A stretch of DNA of 64,000 bases from Chrysochromulina tobinii (taxonomy: Eukaryota): positions 1 to 64,000 of the forward strand of contig JWZX01003205.1 of assembly GCA_001275005.1 (NCBI GenBank), in the 5' to 3' direction. The notes beneath the pieces were generated by a model that was not told the origin of the DNA, did no database searches, and saw only the letters and a program-made list of their open reading frames with translations. This document shows, piece by piece, positions 29,505-41,552 of this stretch. Positions within the stretch are counted from its first letter, which is position 1; each line of letters opens with the position of its first letter. Made by a program: the position numbers and the translations under genes.

Positions 29505-30231
29505 TGGAACATGGATGCTGTAAGGCACCTGCCTAATAGAGCGGTGTGTGATTCACAGCCAAAGAGCCATACTCATTCACACTTCATGATTCTCTTTCGC
29601 ACTAGGCTGAATTTGGTAACTGTCGGTTACCATGGTGTACAAGCTCACACTCAGGGAGAGATTGGTAACTGACCAAGCTACCTGCCTATTGGCGGGACCC
29701 CCTGAATTGCGGTGGGGGGATTTGAAGGGGATGTCGGCGTGAGAGTATGGTGGCATGCGACATGGGTACCGGTACATGCAACATGGGACGGCATGTGGTG
29801 GTGACACAGGGGACACGGGTATGGAAACCTGCTTGTTTTCTTCGTTGCTTGTCGTGGGTTCGGGGCTTGTCAACTGTCCGTGCTGATTAGGCTTGTTTCC
29901 CTCCGGTCTCTTGCTGTCTGTTTCATAACGTCGTTCACAGTCCAGCGTCGCTCTTGCGTCGTCTTCAATGCACGTGGTGGCCCGCGCACTCTCAAGGCGG
30001 CCGCCGTGGACACGCTGTTCGTTCTCGTCTCCGGCCTGTGACGCTCCCCGGGCCTTACAAGGAGAGAGCTCCAGGTGATGGTGCGGCAGGTCGTTGAGAA
30101 AACTCTCGGCGTAGATGTGGCGCTTCGGATGATGGAGAAATGGCGCACGCAGCATGAGAAGGACAAATCTCAAGTCCTCTGTGACTTGACCGAGTCACCG
30201 CTCGTGCCCAAGCCAGCACACACGAGGACTG

Positions 30232-31432
30232 GTGGTGGGCACGGGCGATCTCGAGCTCTTGCGCTTACCTTTTTGGCGCAGGGGTGGCGGTGGCAGCGCC
30301 ACCATGCCGATCAGTGCGGTTCGTGCCCGCATGCGGCTCCGGCTACACCCCTCCATTGTACATCAGCTGTCGCGGTGGTGGCGCACGGTCCAAAACTCAA
30401 CGAGCTGCGATATGGAGCTGGACCGTTTGAGCTTTCTGCGGGGTGCGATGCTCTTATCGAGGGCCATGAGTAAGGACCATGTCGACGGCCCGGCACTCCA
30501 CGCATCGTCTGTTGCAGACTACGAGAGCCTTGCCGACCCTGCGGGCGGCGTCTCTCGCGCAGACTTTCTAGACTTTCTCTTCCAAATCGCGGACGCGATC
30601 ACGGAGACAATCGTTGCCGAAGAGTACGCCATCTACCTGCGCTCGCTGGCACCAACACATTTCGAGTACCACGGACGCGTGGCAATGGTATTGGCGAGAC
30701 GAGGGCACTGTGGGATATCATGCTTATTTGTTAGTGCGCGACCAGAAGCGCGCGACGGCGCCATCCCCAGTGCCACCTGAAGCGCCGATGCCGCACACGG
30801 TGAAGCCCACGGTGCCACTCGGTCGGCTAGCCTCGGCCCCGGCGCATCGGTTCATGTACCCTACCCGCTCGACTGACACGCGTGTGGCGCGTGCCGGACA
30901 CGACTCAATGTGGCTTGCTACCTCAATCGGCCTGCCAGACCCACGCACACACCCCAAAGGCGCGTTCACCCTTGTCGAGACCTCCTCGGACCCCCATAGG
31001 CGCAGCCGACCCCGCGTGCTCCTCAGCAAGCACGAGTGGCACATCTCGTCGGCGCCGCGCCAGACCGTGGTCGTCAACGCCTTCGGGGGCGCGGCGCAGG
31101 CTCTGCTGACCGATCGGGCGCAACCGGCTTCGGCACGGGCTGGCAGCTGGGCGAGGGTTCGTGCCCAGCAGCCGCAGCAGCCCCAGCAGCCCCAGCAGCC
31201 GCAGCAGCCGCAGCAGCAGCGACTGCAGCGACTGCAGCAGGGTGCCATAAGCAGCCGAGAACAAGGGCTTGAAGATGAGCCGCGATTGGACTACCCGGAT
31301 GCGCCGCTGCGCTCACTCCAACTGCCGTCGGATAGGCTATCGCATGGGCTATCGCCCCGAGTCCTCGCACCCTCTGCCCCGCGAGTGCGAGTGCAAGCTA
31401 AGCATGAGGCTAAGACAGTGTCGCATGTCTAG
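30232..31432 (+). CDS. Hypothetical protein with degenerate EF-hand-like helical domain; exon structure unresolved
   Basis: PFWRRG..RLRLHPSIV..WW..FLDFLFQIADAITETIVAEEYAIYL in ORF 30232, overlapped by the QP-rich ORF 30614. Confidence 0.45.
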
Positions 31433-31954
31433 AGAGTTCGCCCATGAGTTCGCCCCACCGCCACGGTAGAAAAATTAAGAAAAACGTTGTGCTCCGTGCC
31501 GGACGGACTCGGACAGCGGCTCGTACTAACTGACGTACTGAGCTCCTACCAGCTACCTATAAAGCTCCGGACCCGGCCCATTCCCGCACGTTCTGTGTAC
31601 GAGTGTGCACTTTAGAACCCGCGTGCACTTTGACTTTGGTTTGTACAGCCATAGAGCGAGCTGCTGAGCGCTGTTGCCACTGATCGTACCGCCGAGTACC
31701 GAAAGGGCGGAGGCGAAAGGTGGCCCCGTGTGGCCCCGGACACAGCCTGCTATATACACTATCGATATACACTATACACAGGCCGTTAATCGGCGGAAGG
31801 TGGGGGAGAGGCGGAGTTCTCCCAGTGAACCGGAAGTTGGCAAGTGGGTCGACACGGGCGCGAAGCGCGCTACCGGTACCGGTATTTAGGATTACGGACG
31901 TTTTGATGGCGCGAGTCCCCGACAGATTTTCGTTGCGTCCACGTGACCCTGGGC

Positions 31955-33859
31955 ATGATGGGCAAGTCAGCGCCCAGCCCGCTCGGTGCCGCTGACTACT
32001 TCAGCTGGATCAAGACACCCCAGCAGCTTGCAGAATCTAAGGCCGAATTTGTGATGAACCGCATGACGAAGAACCATGGCCACGTAACCTTCGCAAAGAA
32101 CTTCACAGCGTTGCTGGGCTTTTCGGACTTGACAAAGACGGGACTGGCAGCCGCGCAGCGCCTGCAGCAAGCCGGCCAACCATTCGCATACCTCACTCTG
32201 ACGAACGATCACCAGCCGCTTACAGAAAATGGGCACGACAGCACTCTTGAGTGGGAGCGAGGTGCCTCGTCGGCTACAGCAGATGTGGTCCTGATTGGGC
32301 CACCCGGCAAGCACGTCTTAGAGGGTCCACGCAAGGCCATCTTCTGCAAGATGTCCGAAGGACTTGCCAATCTCACTGGCGACCCCTGGCAACGGTTTGC
32401 GCCGCCGTGCGTGACTAAGGACCCGTCGCGCAGCGGTGTGTCAGCGGGTACTGAGTACCGCTCCCTCATCGAATCTGCGCCATCAGTCGTCAAGTCAGCC
32501 ACCTACGCCCAGTCGACGATGCCCCGTTGGTTGACTCGCAAGGTGGCGACCAAGAAAGTTGCGGCCGCCGGTCAGTTCATGTACCCGATGAACCACCAGT
32601 CTGCCCTGAAGGCCAACGTCGCCGCCAGCCTGCACAACCATGAGTTGCTTCTGCTGCGCTATGTTGATCCGCCGCTGCTGCAGCACGGCACGCACCTGGG
32701 TGCGCCGGTTCAGACGCGCGTCGAGGTGCGCATTTTCGGATTGGTGCAGTGGGAGCCACTGCGCATCTGGACGTCGCGCTACGGCTTTTTCCGCGGCGGC
32801 ACGCCGTGGTTCAACTACTCGACTGCGGTCGATTTCGATGCGAGGAATGGTGCCATGTGGAACATCAACCGTGGTGTGGAGGCGAAATGCGAGTCCACGC
32901 CTCCCAAGACCCCGCCAGCTTGGCGCGATGCAGTCTCGTACGAGGCTGCTCGAACTTGCGGAGCGGGCATGCAGCAACACGTCATTCGCGACCCAAAGTG
33001 CTGCATCTGCCTGACCGTTGCGGACGTCTTCGACATTGATCACGATGAAAGGGGCTTTGCAACGAGCGGCACGTTGCGCCGGCTCGACCACGTTGCGGAG
33101 AAAGCGGGCTTGCAGCCCAAGCGGGTGTGGCAATCGGTCGACGAAGCGCTCATCCGAGAGTTCATTGTCGAGCAACGCCGCTTCCAGCGCGAGGCCAACG
33201 GCGCGCCTCTCTCGCGCTGGTCGACTCTCTTCTCAGCCGATGTAGGCTTTGCTGCAGACGGGCGCGCGTACCTCTACGAGAATCTGCTCATGCCAAACTG
33301 GAAGCGCGCCGGCTACTTTTGGCACGAGGCAGTTGATCGCGCAGGCGCGATAGGCATCTACTCGGGAATGACGCTGGCGATGGCGCCGTTGCTCGTCGAT
33401 CGTGCGGCCGACGACTTTCACCGTCGTGTTATCAATGCATCGCTCGGCGAGCACGCGCAACAAATGGGAAGCAGGCCTAACGAGCGCGATCTGCTGACAT
33501 TCCTGCGCACGCAGGGGTTTGCATCGGTGCTTGGATTCAGGCGCACTTGGCCGACCCCTGCGCGTGCGAAGCCACACGCGATGGAATGGCTCGCCGACGA
33601 GCGCGACCGTACGTTTGCGAAGCAGCTCAACGATCTGAACCTGCTCCTGCCTGGGCTGGACGTGCTCTCGGCCAATCCCCCGGCGGTCGATGCTTGGGGT
33701 GGCGTCGCGGCCAAGCCATCGGAGCGCAGCACGCCACGGTGGCCGGTCGGAAACGGTCGCCTGTTCGGGGCACCCAACGGTCCTGGCCGTGGCCAGCGCT
33801 GCAGCGACAGCGATGCCATCGTAGCCGCGTATGATGCTCAGGCCAAGATGGCACAGTAA
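31955..33859 (+). CDS. Divergent tubulin-tyrosine-ligase-like (ATP-grasp) protein
   Basis: RYVDPPLL..RVEVRIFGLVQWEPLRIW..GFFR..LFSADVGF..RAYLYEN..P parallels TTL-family motifs. Confidence 0.6.
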   Translation: MMGKSAPSPLGAADYFSWIKTPQQLAESKAEFVMNRMTKNHGHVTFAKNFTALLGFSDLTKTGLAAAQRLQQAGQPFAYLTLTNDHQPLTENGHDSTLEWERGASSATADVVLIGPPGKHVLEGPRKAIFCKMSEGLANLTGDPWQRFAPPCVTKDPSRSGVSAGTEYRSLIESAPSVVKSATYAQSTMPRWLTRKVATKKVAAAGQFMYPMNHQSALKANVAASLHNHELLLLRYVDPPLLQHGTHLGAPVQTRVEVRIFGLVQWEPLRIWTSRYGFFRGGTPWFNYSTAVDFDARNGAMWNINRGVEAKCESTPPKTPPAWRDAVSYEAARTCGAGMQQHVIRDPKCCICLTVADVFDIDHDERGFATSGTLRRLDHVAEKAGLQPKRVWQSVDEALIREFIVEQRRFQREANGAPLSRWSTLFSADVGFAADGRAYLYENLLMPNWKRAGYFWHEAVDRAGAIGIYSGMTLAMAPLLVDRAADDFHRRVINASLGEHAQQMGSRPNERDLLTFLRTQGFASVLGFRRTWPTPARAKPHAMEWLADERDRTFAKQLNDLNLLLPGLDVLSANPPAVDAWGGVAAKPSERSTPRWPVGNGRLFGAPNGPGRGQRCSDSDAIVAAYDAQAKMAQ

Positions 33860-34187
33860 GTCGCAGCGTGGGCTGGCGTGGGGATTGCGTATGGCCAAGA
33901 TGGAACAGTAAGGCGCAGCGGCGGGTGAGAGAGATTTGCAGCTCGGAGATTTGTAACTGGACAACCCAAGAACCGCCAACCACGTGGCGGCGGGACCGTT
34001 CAGGGGCTTTAATACTGGTACGCAGTGTGTGGTGATGCGCGCGCGCTTCCGGTCTCGGCGTCTTGCCTCGAACTGTGTTACGTTCACACCGGCACAAAGG
34101 CGAATTCACAGGCGCGCACATGATGCGCCCAGGCACGTCGGCATCGTCGCGACGCAGTCGGCCCCGGGCTGACACACGCTGCAAGGG

Positions 34188-35291
34188 ATGCCGCCGCCCT
34201 CGGGCATCGAGCTACAGCCGGGCGCGCAGGGTCTCGACTTTGCAAATTACTTCGTCTCATATGGATACCTGTACCACCAGAAGGATATGCTGCAGGACCG
34301 TGGCCGCATGACCGCCTACCGCAACGCGATCCTGCAGAACGCGAGCTGCTTCGAGGGCAAGGTCGTGCTCGACGTGGGCGCTGGCTCAGGCGTACTCAGC
34401 ATTTGGGCGGCAATGGCCGGCGCCAAGCGCGTCTACGCTGTCGAGGCCACGAGCATGGCGCAGCATGCGCGGCGGCTCGTTCAGCAGAACGGCGTGCAGG
34501 ACGTGGTCGTCGTGCTCGAGGGCTACATGGAGGCGCAGGAGCTGCCCGAGAAGGTAGACCTCATCGTGAGCGAGTGGATGGGCTACTTCTTGCTGCGCGA
34601 GGCCATGTACGATTCGGTGCTCGCGGCGCGCGACAAGTGGCTTAAGCCGGGAGGCGCCATGTACCCATCGCATGCCTTCCTGCGCATGGCGCCGCTCTGC
34701 TCGGCGCTGTACGGGTCGCGCCTGGCAGAGTTCGACGAGGAGGTCTCGCAGTGGGGCGAGTTCAGCTCGTGGATGCTCGACGGTAACGGGATCAACGTGA
34801 ACGGCCTCACTGGCTTTTTCGCGCGCGAGCAGCAGGAGTACCTGCTGCAGTCGGCACAGTGGTGCCAGCTGCGCCAGAGCGAAGTGATCGGCGACGAGTT
34901 CTCGGTGAGCGAGTTCGACCTGCACACAACGACCACCAAGGAGCTCGCCAGTTTCTCGACGAGCTTCCGCTCGGTCATCTCCGAAGATGCACTGCTCAAT
35001 GCCTTTGGCGGCTGGTTCGACACCGACTTCAACGGCTCGGCTGCCGAGCCGGCGCCCAAGCCGGTGACGCTCACGACGGCGCCGGAGAGCGCGACGCACT
35101 GGGCGCAGCAGGTCTTCCTTGTGCACCCGCCCCTGCTCGTCGAGGTGGGCGACACGCTCGAGGGCATCGTCAAAGTCGCACGTCAGAAGCTCAACCATCG
35201 ACTGCTCTGGGTGCAGCTGACGCTGACGCACTCGCGCGCGGGCGTGGGCCAGGTGGGACCCGAGCGCACCCTCAACTTTCGCATCGACTAA
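34188..35291 (+). CDS. Type I protein arginine N-methyltransferase (plant PRMT10-like)
   Basis: DFANYF.SY..LYHQKDML, VLDVGAGSG, double-E loop SEWMGYFLLRE, THW loop. Confidence 0.95.
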   Translation: MPPPSGIELQPGAQGLDFANYFVSYGYLYHQKDMLQDRGRMTAYRNAILQNASCFEGKVVLDVGAGSGVLSIWAAMAGAKRVYAVEATSMAQHARRLVQQNGVQDVVVVLEGYMEAQELPEKVDLIVSEWMGYFLLREAMYDSVLAARDKWLKPGGAMYPSHAFLRMAPLCSALYGSRLAEFDEEVSQWGEFSSWMLDGNGINVNGLTGFFAREQQEYLLQSAQWCQLRQSEVIGDEFSVSEFDLHTTTTKELASFSTSFRSVISEDALLNAFGGWFDTDFNGSAAEPAPKPVTLTTAPESATHWAQQVFLVHPPLLVEVGDTLEGIVKVARQKLNHRLLWVQLTLTHSRAGVGQVGPERTLNFRID

Positions 35292-35949
35292 CAACTAGCG
35301 CGCAACTGGTCGGCGCGGGGCCGCGCCCGATACGGCGCGGTACCACGCCTCGCGCGCGGAGACACGCGGGCACAGCGCCGGTTCCTTCCTCAGGTTCCTT
35401 CCTCAGGTGAGCGTCACGGTGAGTCAAACCTCACGGCACTATTGGGGGCTGCTGTGTCCTCCCACCTGTCCGCGTGTGTCGATCAGTGTCGCACCTCTCG
35501 AGCGGCGGCAGTCCGCGGATAGGTACGGCTGTTAGCAGTAGCACGTGTGTGGGGGGAGGGCAGCGGAGAGCGGTGGAGACGACAAGCGGCTGCGAAACCG
35601 GGTGACGGTGCGTCCGGCCGGCGTGACCGCCGTCGCTCGCCGCGTCCGGGCCATCTGTCAATGGACAATGCCGCGGTGCGGTGCAGCAAGATTTCTAACA
35701 AGTGAGCGAGCGAAGTCGTGGCGGTCAAACAGATAACAGTTAACACTGCGGCACGATTCCTAATTCCTTGTGACGGTTGTGTGCCTCCGCCCGCGCGCAC
35801 TCACACTCAGTCCGGTCGACTCGCGTCCGCCCTCACGCGCGTCGCCTTGGCGTGACGTGCGGCCGGAGCTGAGATGCCTTCCCACACCCCTTGAGAGGCA
35901 GCGGAGTACACCCAAGTTCAGGTGGGTCGGGATGTGTACTCGATGAACC

Positions 35950-36743
35950 TCACTCCTCACTTCTTGGGGGTTGCATGAGCAGCGTGAGCGGGCGCCCCGC
36001 CGTACCAATGAGTACCATGGCCATTTCAAAGTCGAGGCCTCGCATGTTCTCGCCATTGAGCTCCAGCAGCTCGGAGCCTGGCTCCACTCCATGTGCTGCG
36101 GCGACCGACGCGGGCGTCACGAGCTTGACGATCGTGCCCGGCCGCTCCGGGTGGTTGACCAGAACGAGTCCGAGTGACCCCTTCTCTATGAAGCGCACGC
36201 GCACCGGCTCGGGCGAGCGCACGCGCACCGGCTTTGACGATTCCTCGGCAGCGAGCATCGCCGCCTCGAGGGCCGATGCTGCGAGCGCGCGCCGCAACTG
36301 CTCGTCGTCGTCGTCGTTGCTCCGCGCGCTGGCAACGGCGGTGGCCTTAGCGGGGGGGGTAGCGGGGGCGGTGGTAGCAGCGACGATGGGCCGGCCAGTG
36401 GACTCAAGCTTAGACGCCTCAAGCGCGCGTCTCAGTTGCTCGTCCTCGTCCTCGGCACCAAACGCGGAGGCGGCTATTCCAGCCTGCGATAAAGCCGCCA
36501 TCACTGAGCCCGAGTAGGCGCCGATGGCGGCAGGCGTGGCGGGGGCAGGCTTGGCGGGGGCAGCCGTGGCGGGGGCAGCAGTAGGTTTGCCCGCCTTGGA
36601 GTTGATGACTTCGGCTCCCAAGATCTCCCAGCTCTTAGGCGCGCCCGAGGGCAACTTGGCAGCCGAAGGCGTGGCGTGCGGCGCGCTTCCACCTGTGGCG
36701 CTGGACCGCTCCAGGTGCGTTTCCGCGACGCGCTGTGGAGATG

Positions 36744-36806
<63 letters not shown>

Positions 36807-37911
36807 CGAGACTGGCTGCGAGGGCCCCAGGCGAGAGTTGCTGACTCTTGCGCTTACTGAGCTCGAGTACCCGCTGCAGCTGGCGCTCTTCCTCCTCCGC
36901 CAGCCGGCGCTCACGCTCCTGCCGCTCCACCGCCGCCGAGAGAGGCGGCGGCGGCGGCGGCGGCACCGGCGGCGGCGGCACTGGAGTCGACACGGGCAGC
37001 AAATCGGCGTTGATCTCAAGGTGCAGGGTGAACGGGCGGGGCGCCGACTTGAGCATAGCTTGCACGATCTGCTTGTCGTGAGCGCGTACATCCTCCTCGT
37101 TGATGCCGATGATTAGGGCGCCGTCTGGCACCATCTGCGCGTCCGCCATCGAGCCCGCGGCGACACCATTCACTCGCACGCCGCCCATGGGACTGTCCCC
37201 AAGCACTAGGCCCAAGTGGCCCTGGCCTGCAAATGTGGCTGTGATCACCTTGATGCGCGGCCGCAGGTGACCACCAGGCGGGACCAGCGCAGCCGCGGCC
37301 GGGGGGTCGGCGGGTTCGGGGATCGGCACGCCGGGCGGCAGCCGCATACGTATTTTAATCGGACGAGGGGCACTTACAATCATCGCCTGCACCATCTGCG
37401 AGTCAAGCTCCATGACGTTCTCATCGTTGACCTCGAGGACGAGCGCGCCCACAGGCACGCCCAGCGTATCGGAGAGCGACCCTCCCGATACCCTGCCCAC
37501 GAACGTCCCACCCGCGTTCGTGACCAGTGCTATTCCGAGCAAGCCAGAGGGGAAGACGAACTCCACTTCGAAGCCCCTGGCCGCTTCCACCTCCTCCGCA
37601 TGCGGCTTGCGGACGTTGATGGTGATCGGCCACTGCTCTGTTTCGATGAGTACCTCCACTGCCTCGGGCGGAAGGCCGACCACCTCCTCACCATTCACCG
37701 TGAGGATCAGGCCGCCCACGGGAACGCCTTGCTGCTCGGCGAGTGAGCTCGGCAGAACGCCAATGACCGCAGTGCCCTGCTCGTGCTCACCCAGCACGAG
37801 GCCAGTTGGGGTGTGGGGATTGCGAAAGGTCGCGCGCACCCAGCTTCGTTTGGACGCCGACAACGTGCGTCCCAGGCCATCAGTCGCCGGCTTGCGCCAA
37901 AAGAAAGGCAT
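35950..37911 (-). CDS. Multi-PDZ protein (4 PDZ-like domains) with 3 UIM-like motifs and polyQ
   Basis: Repeated GLVL/GIAL..GS.A...VP.G.LI..VN.E motifs. EERQLQRVLELS, DEQLRRALEAS, DEQLRRALAAS. (CTG)n at about 36745-36805. Confidence 0.85.
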
Positions 37912-38084
37912 AGCTCAACTCATAGCTCCAAGATATCGTGGATGATGAGGAGCGAGCGAGCCCGAAACCCGGAAAAGGGAACGCGAGCTGTGAAGAGTAA
38001 AACGAAACCCCGATGGGAAAAGGTGAGGACAGGCTCCTGCACGCACTATCTTTACCGCTCGAAAAAACGCCTCCGGAACGGGAA

Positions 38085-38802
38085 TCACCGCCGGCCCATG
38101 CTGCTGCTCGCCACAGTCTTGACCTGCTGCCGGTGCTCGGCGAGCTGCCGCTTCCACGTGACGACGAGCCGGTGCGCGAGCGTCTGCACCTCCTCGTCGG
38201 CGTGCTTCCTCAGCTTTCCGACGGTCAGGCCGATGTTGGTCGTCTCGAGCAGGCTGCGCGTGCACGGCCTGCGTTCTCGGCGGAGCACGGTACAAGCCAC
38301 TGGTGAGAGCGGAGCGCGCGATGGCGCGCTGCTTCGCACTGCGTTGGCTACCCTTAATGAAACGGCGGTTAACGCTCTGCGCGGCGGTGGGTGGCTGCGC
38401 GCGTGCTCGCGCGCGTGCGCGCGTTGCGCGAGTGGTGGCGGCGCACATGGCGGACAGCCGGCGCAGCACTCGAAGCAGCGTGGTCACGTCGTCGGCGCTC
38501 TCCTCGAGCTTGTCCCGCAGCTTGGCCACATCGTCCGCACCTAGATAAAGCGTGGAGGGTACGTCCAGGGCCTGTTGGTCGGCGGCGCGGTAGTCGACGA
38601 CAGCGCGGAGATCGCCGATGCGTGCTTGTCGCAAGCGTCCGCTGCCGCCAGTACTGCCACTGCTGCTGCCGCTGGCGCTGCTGCTTCCGGCGCCGCCGCC
38701 GAAGCTGATCGCGGTCTGTTTGAGAGGCGGCGGCTTGAGTAGCGTCGGCGTTGGTCCAGAGCGCTGGGATGGAAGATCTGAAGGCCCTTTGTTTTTCACC
38801 AT
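38085..38802 (-). CDS. TFIIS N-terminal (Med26/LW) domain protein; intron 38269-38446
   Basis: Spliced product LLRVLRRLSAMPCTRSLLETTNIGLTVGKLRKHADEEVQTLAHRLVVTWKRQL. Junction AT|GTGCGC...CGCAG|G. Confidence 0.85.
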
Positions 38803-38919
38803 CTTGTGAGAGCAGGACAAGACAAGGCAAGACGCAAGGTCTAGTTTATTCACGGCAGGGTCGAAGATGGCCTATGGTTTCGAAATTTCCCGTCATGTAC
38901 CGGCCATCAGCAACCCCCA

Positions 38920-38951
38920 ATGCCGCCACTCATGTTCGGCATGCCGACGGC

Positions 38952-38986
<35 letters not shown>

Positions 38987-40134
38987 GCAACTCCATGACG
39001 GGCGACTCCATGGAACCTGCTGTCAAGCACACTTACATGTGCCAGACGGACGAGTGGATCTCGGAGCAGTGCGAGGTGTCAATAGCACCCAACTCCTTCG
39101 CTCAGGGAGGCATGCGCAAGTGCCACAAGTGCGTCGAGAAGGTTCAGGACGGGCGCGACGTGTACTCTATAGGGTCGGTTGCAAAGTTCTCGACGATCCA
39201 CCGCGACGCGCGCAGCGCCAAAAGCGCCGCGTTCGCCGACGCAAAGATGCAGATGGTCGCCGAGTACTGGGCGCAGCAGTTCAACAAGAAGTCGCCGCCC
39301 GAGCACAAGGTGGCCTTCGTGGTCGCTCAGGTGCTCGAGCTGCCGAGGCGCTCGGACGGGCCGCAGCGGTGGGCGAGCCTCGAGCCCCTGCTCTCGGGCG
39401 AGTATGCCAAGTTCAACAACAATGCAGGCGCGGTACTCGGTGGGCGCACGGCGCAGGCCTTCTCGCACTTCACTGTGGTCGAGAGCGGCGAGCAGCTGTG
39501 CATCTGCGACCTGCAGGGCGTGGGTGGCTCGCTCTTTACTGACCCGCAGATCCACTCGCGCGCGGGCAGCTTTGGCGACGGCAACCTCGGCCGCGGCGGC
39601 ATCGATAGGTTCCTCGCGTCACACCGGTGCAACGAAGTTTGCAAGGCCATCGGGTTGCCACCCGTCGAGCCTCGAAAGGGCTCGTCCTCGGGTGGCATGG
39701 GCGGCGGCATGCCCATGCCCATGGGCGGCGGCATGCCCATGCCCATGGGCGGCGGCATGGGCGACTTTGCGCGCATGTTTCAGGGTGGCATGGGCGGTGG
39801 TGCCGGCATGAGCGTCGGCGTGCACAAGCTTCTCGAGCGAATGATGCACCAGATGATGGCAGGTGGAGGCCTCGGCGGTGGCGGCGGCGATGAGCTGCGA
39901 GCGGCTTTGCGCGCCTCGGATAAGGCAGCAGCCGTCGAGGATGAAAGGCGGCTGCGTGAAGCCATCGCAGCCTCTGGCGCCGCCGCTGGGCGAGGCTTGC
40001 CTCCTCAGTACCAGCAGCAGCAGCAGCAGCAGCCTCAGCGCTACGTCGGTCATGCCGACATTGACCTGCAGCGCGCCATCGAGGCTTCGGTCCAGCGCCC
40101 GCAGCCTGGCCAACCGTTCCCGCGGCGGCGATAG
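38920..40134 (+). CDS. Alpha-kinase (eEF2K/MHCK-like) with C-terminal UIM-like motifs
   Basis: FAQGGMRKC, VAK, QMVAEYWAQQFN, EPLLSGEYAKFNNN, QAFSHFT, DLQGVG..TDPQIHS, FGDGNLG..F..H.CN.VC. Confidence 0.95.
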
Positions 40135-40526
40135 AATAGTGATGCCCACCAGAACGTGTGCACCGCAGCGTAGGCGCGAGCGGCAGGCCCGCACCCCAGC
40201 AAGGCACATTGATATTCGATTAGACGCAACGGGCCCCGGTAGTTCGGGGCGACCGTTGGGCGACGGTAGGGTAGAGATCGGGGCAGCCGAGTCAAGTGAC
40301 CGGTGTCCACTGGCTAGCGTCCTAGTGGCTCGTGTGATCAGTACACACGACCATCCACCCTGCCCCCGCTTGCCTGCCCCTGCCCCTGGACGGCTGGACT
40401 GCGCTCGCAGCATGATGTCCCACATGAGAACATCTAATAACAACCATCGTGCTCGCTCGTGCTGCAGTCGAGTTCGCGATATTATAAGCGATATTAATTA
40501 TCATAGTTCACGACGTCCAGCCGAAT

Positions 40527-41351
40527 TCAAGGACTGTGCGGGCTCCAAGCACCTGGCGCTGACCGAGTGGAATCGAGATGGACGGTGATTGGTGTGGCCA
40601 ACGGCTTGCCGTCGGTGCCTTGCTCCAGAACGCGACCAAACGCCCGCTCGTAAGTTGCCGGCGTGGAGAACGTAGCGCGAGAGGTGGCGGCTAACTGCTC
40701 CAGCTTTCGCCGATGCAAAGCGGCCGCCAAGCGGGCCTGCTTGGCTTCGTACGTGTCGTCAGATCCCGCCACAGTGCGACCAAACGTCTGTCCTGTCGGC
40801 CCCTGCTGCGGCGCGAGCTGTTGAGCGCTGAGCTGAGCGGCGTGCTCCTTCGCGGCGGCGGCGGCGGCGGCGGCCCACCACCTGGGCTCCTCCTGCTCCC
40901 GCCAAGCAGCTAGCGGGACTGCATGGATGGTAGCCTGCTCCCGCCAGGCAGAAAGAGGTTTTGCGTTCTTATTCTTTCCGTGGTGGCGCTTCGAAGAAGG
41001 AGAACGGTCGACGTCGCAGCAGGATTGTGAGTCGACCTTCGACTTGGACGCCGTGTGATGAAGTTCGCCGGCGCGTTCCGCAGCTGCGGCCCGTGCGGCC
41101 TCAGAGTGGTCATACAGTCGGCCGCTGCCCAGCGCAAGCGTCGATTTTGCAACTCTCTGTCCCAGGTCGCCACCAGTGTCCTTCTTCCAGTGTTGAGCTG
41201 CGGATCGAAAGTTTGCAGGGTTGTTGAGCTGCGGATCAAATCTGTTCCGCCCGCCGAAGTCGCCAAACGTTTGCGGCCGTAGGCACCACTCGTCCAGCTG
41301 GAGCCGATCCTTGACGAAAGGCCCTCGATGCAAACGAGGCACGCTGCGCAT
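40527..41351 (-). CDS. Hypothetical protein
   Basis: 274-aa ATG ORF between recognisable genes. No domain recognised. Confidence 0.45.
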   Translation of the reverse strand: MRSVPRLHRGPFVKDRLQLDEWCLRPQTFGDFGGRNRFDPQLNNPANFRSAAQHWKKDTGGDLGQRVAKSTLALGSGRLYDHSEAARAAAAERAGELHHTASKSKVDSQSCCDVDRSPSSKRHHGKNKNAKPLSAWREQATIHAVPLAAWREQEEPRWWAAAAAAAAKEHAAQLSAQQLAPQQGPTGQTFGRTVAGSDDTYEAKQARLAAALHRRKLEQLAATSRATFSTPATYERAFGRVLEQGTDGKPLATPITVHLDSTRSAPGAWSPHSP

Positions 41352-41552
41352 GCGGTGGTGTTTGGATGTCTCGCCTGCCGGCCGACTCTCGCTAGGAAAT
41401 TCCTATTTGGTCACGCCTGGCGAAACCGCGGAACCGCAGTGAATGAACATGCATGCGCATCTCTGGAAGCTTTTTTGGGCGCTAACCCCCTCAGGCCTTA
41501 AACCACTGAACACTCTGCAAATCGATCGGACCCGGGGCCAATTGCCCGGGGC

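Noticed and set aside
29577..30173. 198-aa minus-strand ORF
   Set aside because: No recognisable motif, atypical composition, and it overlaps the likely upstream region of a plus-strand gene.
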